NCBI GenBank assembly: GCA_950097015.1
Contig: CATNEN010000001.1
Location: 10,168,001-10,232,000, forward strand
Reading direction: 5' to 3'
DNA: 64,000 nt
DNA from: Macrostomum hystrix
Taxonomy: Eukaryota; Animalia; Platyhelminthes
Shown here: piece after piece, positions 59,735 to 64,000 of the stretch
Layout of the letters: each line of letters begins with the position of its first letter
How positions within the stretch are numbered: position 1 is the first letter of the stretch
Position numbers and translations under genes: made by a program
The notes under the pieces: generated by a model
What the model was told of the DNA's origin: nothing
The model's database searches: none
What the model saw: the letters and a program-made list of their open reading frames with translations, nothing else

Positions 59735-62042
59735 TGTCCAACAGTTTTTTAAATGTCCAACAGTTTTTTTAATGTCCTACAGTTTTCTACATGTGTTTAC
59801 CAGTATTCTAAATGTGTTTACCCGTATTCTAAATGTGTTTACCCGTATTCTAAACGTGTTTACCAGTATTCTAAAAGTGTTTACCAGTATTCTAAATATG
59901 TTTACCAGTATTCTAAGTGTTTATCAGTATTCTAAATGTTTTTACCAGTATTCTAAATGTGTTTACCAGTATTCTAAAAGTGTTTACCAGTATTCTAAAA
60001 GTGTTTACCAGTATTCTAAATTTGTTATACAGTATACTAAACATGTTTAACAGTTCTCTAAATGTGTTTACCAGTATTCTAAAAGTGTTTACCAGTATTC
60101 TAAATTTGTTATACAGTATTCTAAAAATGTTTAACAGTTTTCTAAATGTGTTTACCAGTTTTCTAAATGTGTTTTAAACCGTTTTCTATATGTGTATAAC
60201 AGTTCTCAAAACTGGGTCTCTAAATGTTTTCTAAATGTGTATAATTCTAAACGTGTTTAACAGTTTTCTAAAAGTGTTTAACAGTGTTCTAAATGTGTTT
60301 ACCAGTTTTTAAAATGTGTTTTACAGTTCTTAAAATGTGTTTTTATAACTGTTTTCTAAATGTTCTCTGACGCCACATTGGTTCTCTGCTGGGTATAGTA
60401 TTCTCATGTACATTAGTACCCTAACCCGCTTTATTTACCAGTTTTCTAAATGTGTTTACCAGTACTCTAAATGTGTTTACCAGTATTCTAAATGTGCTTA
60501 CCAGTATTCTAAATGTGTTTACCAGTATTCTAAATGTGTTGAACTGTTTTCTAAATGTGTCTAGCAGTTTTCTAAATGTGTTTACCAGTTTTCTAATTGT
60601 GTTTACCTGTTTTATAAACGTGTTAACCAGTACTCTAAATGTGTTTACCAGTATTCTAAATGTGCTTACCAGTATTCTAAATGTGTTTACCAGTATTCTA
60701 AATGTGTTGAACTGTTTTCTAAATGTGTCTAGCAGTTTTCTAAATGTGTTTACCAGTTTTCTAATTGTGTTTACCAGCACTCTAAATGTGTTTACCAGTT
60801 TTCTAATTGTGTTTACCTGTTTTATAAACGTGTTTACCAGTACTCTAAATGTGTTTACCAGTATTCTAAATGTGCTTACCAGTATTCTAAATGTGTTTAC
60901 CAGTATTCTAAATGTGTTGAACTGTTTTCTAAATGTGTCTAGCAGTTTTCTAAATGTGCTTACCAGTATTCTAAATGTGTTTACCAGTATTCTAAATGTG
61001 TTGAACTGTTTTTTAAATGTGTCTAGCAGTTTTCTAAATGTGTTTACCTGTTTTCTAATTGTGTTTACCTGTTTTATAAACGTGTTTACCAGTACTCTAA
61101 ATGTGTTTAACAGTATTCTAAATGTGTTTACCAGTATTCTAAATGTGTTTACCAGTATTCTAAATGTGTTTACCAGTATTCTAAATGTGTCTAGCAGTTT
61201 TCTAAAAGTGTTTACCAGTTTTCTAAATGTGTTTACCAGTATTCTAAATGTGTTTACCAGTTTTCTTAATGTTTTATCAGTATTATAAACGTGTTTATCA
61301 GTTTTCTTAATGTGTTTACCAGTTTTCTAATTGTGTTTACCTGGTTTATAAACGTGTTTAGCAGTTTTCTAAATGTGTTTACCAGTATTCTAAATGTGTT
61401 TAACAGTTTTCTAAATGTTTTATCAGTTTTCTAAACGTGTTTATCAGTTTTCTAAACGTGTTTATCAGTTTTCTAAATGTGTTTACCAGTTTTCTAATCG
61501 TGTTTACCTGTTTTATAAACGTGTTTACCAGTACTCTAAATGTGTTTATCAGTATTCTAAATGTGTTTAACAGTTTTCTAAATGTTTTATCAGTATTATA
61601 AACGTGTTTACCAGTTTTCTTAATGTTTTATCAGTATTATAAACGTGTTTATCAGTTTTCTTAATGTGTTTACCAGTTTTCTAATTGTGTTTACCTGGTT
61701 TATAAACGTGTTTACCAGTACTTTAAATGTGTTTACCAGAATTCTAAATGTGTTTACCAGTATTCTAAATGTGTTTACCAGTATTCTAAATGTGTTTAAC
61801 TGTTTTCTAAATGTGTTTAACATTTTTCTAAATGTGTTCACCAGTATTCTAAATGTGTTTAACAGTTTTCTAAATGTTTTATCAGTTTTCTAAACGTGTT
61901 TATCAGTTTTCTAATTGTGTTTAACAGTTTTCTAAATGTGTCCAATAGTTTTCTAAAAGTGTTTAACCGTTTTTTAAATGTGTTTAACAGCTTTCTAAAT
62001 GTGTTTAACATTTTTCTAAATGTGTTTAACATTTTTCTAAAC
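59735..62042 (+). repeat. 21-bp minisatellite (aaatgtgtttaccagtattct)n with 8- to 10-mer higher-order blocks
   Basis: Period 21. The variant block agtactct...gtgcttacc recurs at 60461, 60629 and 60839. Confidence 0.96.
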
Positions 62043-62057
62043 AAAAAGCAACAAATA

Positions 62058-62425
62058 AGGGGAATTAGGGGGGAATTAGTTCTCTGCTGCTGGGGGGAAT
62101 TAGGGGGGAATTAGTTCTCTGCTGCTGGGGCGGAATTAGGGGGGAATTAGTTCTCTGCTGCTTAGGGGAATTAGGGGGGAATTAATTCTCTGCTGCTGAG
62201 GGGAATTAGGGGGGAATTAGTTCTATGCTGCTTGGGGGAATTAGGGGGGAATTAGTTCTCTGCTGCTGGGGCGGAATTGGGGGGGAATTAGTTCTCTGCT
62301 GCTGGGGCGGAATTAGGGGGGAATTAGTTCTCTGCTGCTGGGGCGGAATTAGGGGAGAATTAATTCTCTGCTGCTGAGGGGAATTAGGGGGAAATTAGTT
62401 CTCTGCAGCTGGGGGACATTAGTTT
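62058..62425 (+). repeat. 35-36-bp G-rich minisatellite containing TTAGGG, ~10 copies
   Basis: Unit gaattaggggggaattagttctctgctgctgggg(c)g. Confidence 0.93.
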
Positions 62426-63343
62426 TTTATTGCTGAGGGGATAGTATTCACTTGTACCTCAGTAGCATTATTACTGACGAAATGAGTTTTCGTTTTTGTT
62501 TGCTTTTATGTGTGTTTTGTCCTTCTGCATTGCACAAGATTTTTTTGTCTGACCAGTAGTGCTCCCCGAAGGGGGGCAAAACATGCTAGTATTATTCTAA
62601 TACTAAGACTTATTAAGATAAGCATAAACTCTGTAGCCTATGTAAAAAGACTTGGATAGCTCACTATTTATGATACACTGAAACTTATAGGGGGCCTACT
62701 CTTAGAGGTCTACATTTTAATACCTAAATGGAATGTGGGTGCATTAATTTAGTGATGATCATAGCAGGTCACATATTAGCTATGAGCCAAGCTGACAAGT
62801 AAGGACAGTGGCACTGGGTTGAGAGCAGTAGATTCATATTGTTTGAGTTAAACACTTCGATTGTGCAAGTCAAACATAAAACAAACAACAGACTCATACT
62901 GCCTCCCCAAGCCTGTGATTAGCAGTAACACTTGTCCAGCTCTGCAATTTACTTCATATTGTATTCTGCTAAATTTCAATATTCTCCGCTTTCACATTGC
63001 CTCGCTTTTATACTGTGAAACAAGCAATTTATAACTTGATGTACCGTTTCTTCATAGAAATTGACCGCCAAACGTTAATTTAAATGGTCCCTCATCAAAA
63101 CATACGGCGTAGAAACCATCTTTCCTAGAAAGCAAGTCGTTTCATAACGTAACTGTTGTTGCTCGGTCTTAAAATATTCGAATGTTACATATAGTTGAGT
63201 ATTTATAGTCGATTATTAGTTGATTATTATTAGTTGATTATATAGTTGAATATTATATTGAATATTATATATTCAATTAAATATTTATAATTGAATTAAT
63301 TAATTCAAAGTCCGCAGACTCAGCCGAAGTTTGCTTAGATTGC

Positions 63344-64000
63344 TTAATGATTCTTAGAGTCGATAATTCTGCTGGTTTTATTCACGGTTCTGGTTTCAAT
63401 CATTTTATTTTTTAAAAAATATTTTTTTTCTGTGTGATGTGGAATCACTAGAAGCTCAGCCCTTGTGAATGATCGTGTGGGGGCTTTTGAATTAAAGTCT
63501 TGGGATAGAAAATAGTAATCACTGGATGCTGATGTGAAATGCCTGTTTATCTTATGCACATCAAGACTAAAGTATGGGTCTGTTGCTCTTCTCTTTGTGT
63601 CCTTCTCCAGCTCTCCTGGTAAGTAAAGGAAGCAAACGAATTCAGAGTTAGTAAGAATTTCCGGGGAATAAACGCTTGGGAGCTTTGGAATTGGGAATTG
63701 GGAGATCGGATGTTTTGATTTAACTGTGTCTTGTTTGATGGCAGTATTTGGTTTCAGGCTTGTCATTTGAGATACTTTATTGTTCAGTTGACTTATTACT
63801 GCGGGGAGTCTTTCTGTCCACTTGGTATAGTATTGGCCACTTTTTAGTTTCAGCTCTTCAGCTGTCTGATTTGTGAAAAGTCTCTTTGCTAGAGTTAGAT
63901 TGAATCTTTCAACAAATGCCTGGTCTCTATGAAGCTCAGTTCTTCCGTAGCGCATTTTTGTATTGTTCTTTTCTATAAGGGATTTGACTGCACCCATTAA
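63344..64000 (-). CDS. C-terminal half of a retroviral-like DDE integrase (Polinton/Ginger type); starts outside the window
   Basis: QAFVERFNLTLAKRL...KWTERLPAVISQLNN...LKP, then GELE...RRATDP. Confidence 0.72.
   Translation of the reverse strand, partial: LMGAVKSLIEKNNTKMRYGRTELHRDQAFVERFNLTLAKRLFTNQTAEELKLKSGQYYTKWTERLPAVISQLNNKVSQMTSLKPNTAIKQDTVKSKHPISQFPIPKLPSVYSPEILTNSEFVCFLYLPGELEKDTKRRATDPYFSLDVHKINRHFTSASSDYYFLSQDFNSKAPTRSFTRAELLVIPHHTEKKYFLKNKMIETRTVNKTSRIIDSKNH

Larger units (their letters stand above)
59170..62589 (+). mobile_element. Complete non-autonomous Helitron filled with minisatellites
   Basis: A|TC 5' end, shared 5' block, 3' hairpin GCTCCCCGAAGGGGGGC and CTAG|T. Inserted between A and T. 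Confidence 0.92.

Noticed and set aside
59753-62114. ORFs such as VFTSILN repeats
   Set aside because: They are translations of the 21-bp minisatellite.

Overview
This is an intron-containing eukaryotic (probably invertebrate) heterochromatic window made almost entirely of nested transposable elements. No complete host gene is recognisable. From left to right: (1) A tandem Helitron cluster (1-14408) with a spliced but broken Rep/PIF1 helicase gene, an RPA70-like OB-fold gene, a divergent RGG/zinc-knuckle/polyQ mini-gene and several minisatellites. (2) A degenerate Ty3/Gypsy element with the unusual order gag-env-pol-ORF4 (16343-~26480). Its env resembles a class III (gB-like) fusogen. It is cut by a foreign LTR and by a PIF/Harbinger element. 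(3) A DNA-transposase gene whose intron holds an intact, young Gypsy element (28022-35925). (4) A non-autonomous LTR element containing a 946-bp TRIM whose primer-binding site is a 49-nt copy of the 3' half of tRNA-Ser, with a mismatch exactly at position 58. (5) A KDZ-type transposase remnant split by a CACTG EnSpm/CMC element, itself split by a 6.5-kb LARD-like LTR element. (6) A Penelope-type palindrome carrying two minimal hammerhead ribozymes. (7) A complete satellite-filled non-autonomous Helitron (59170-62589). (8) An integrase fragment at the right edge. All family assignments come from motif recognition by eye. No database search was run.
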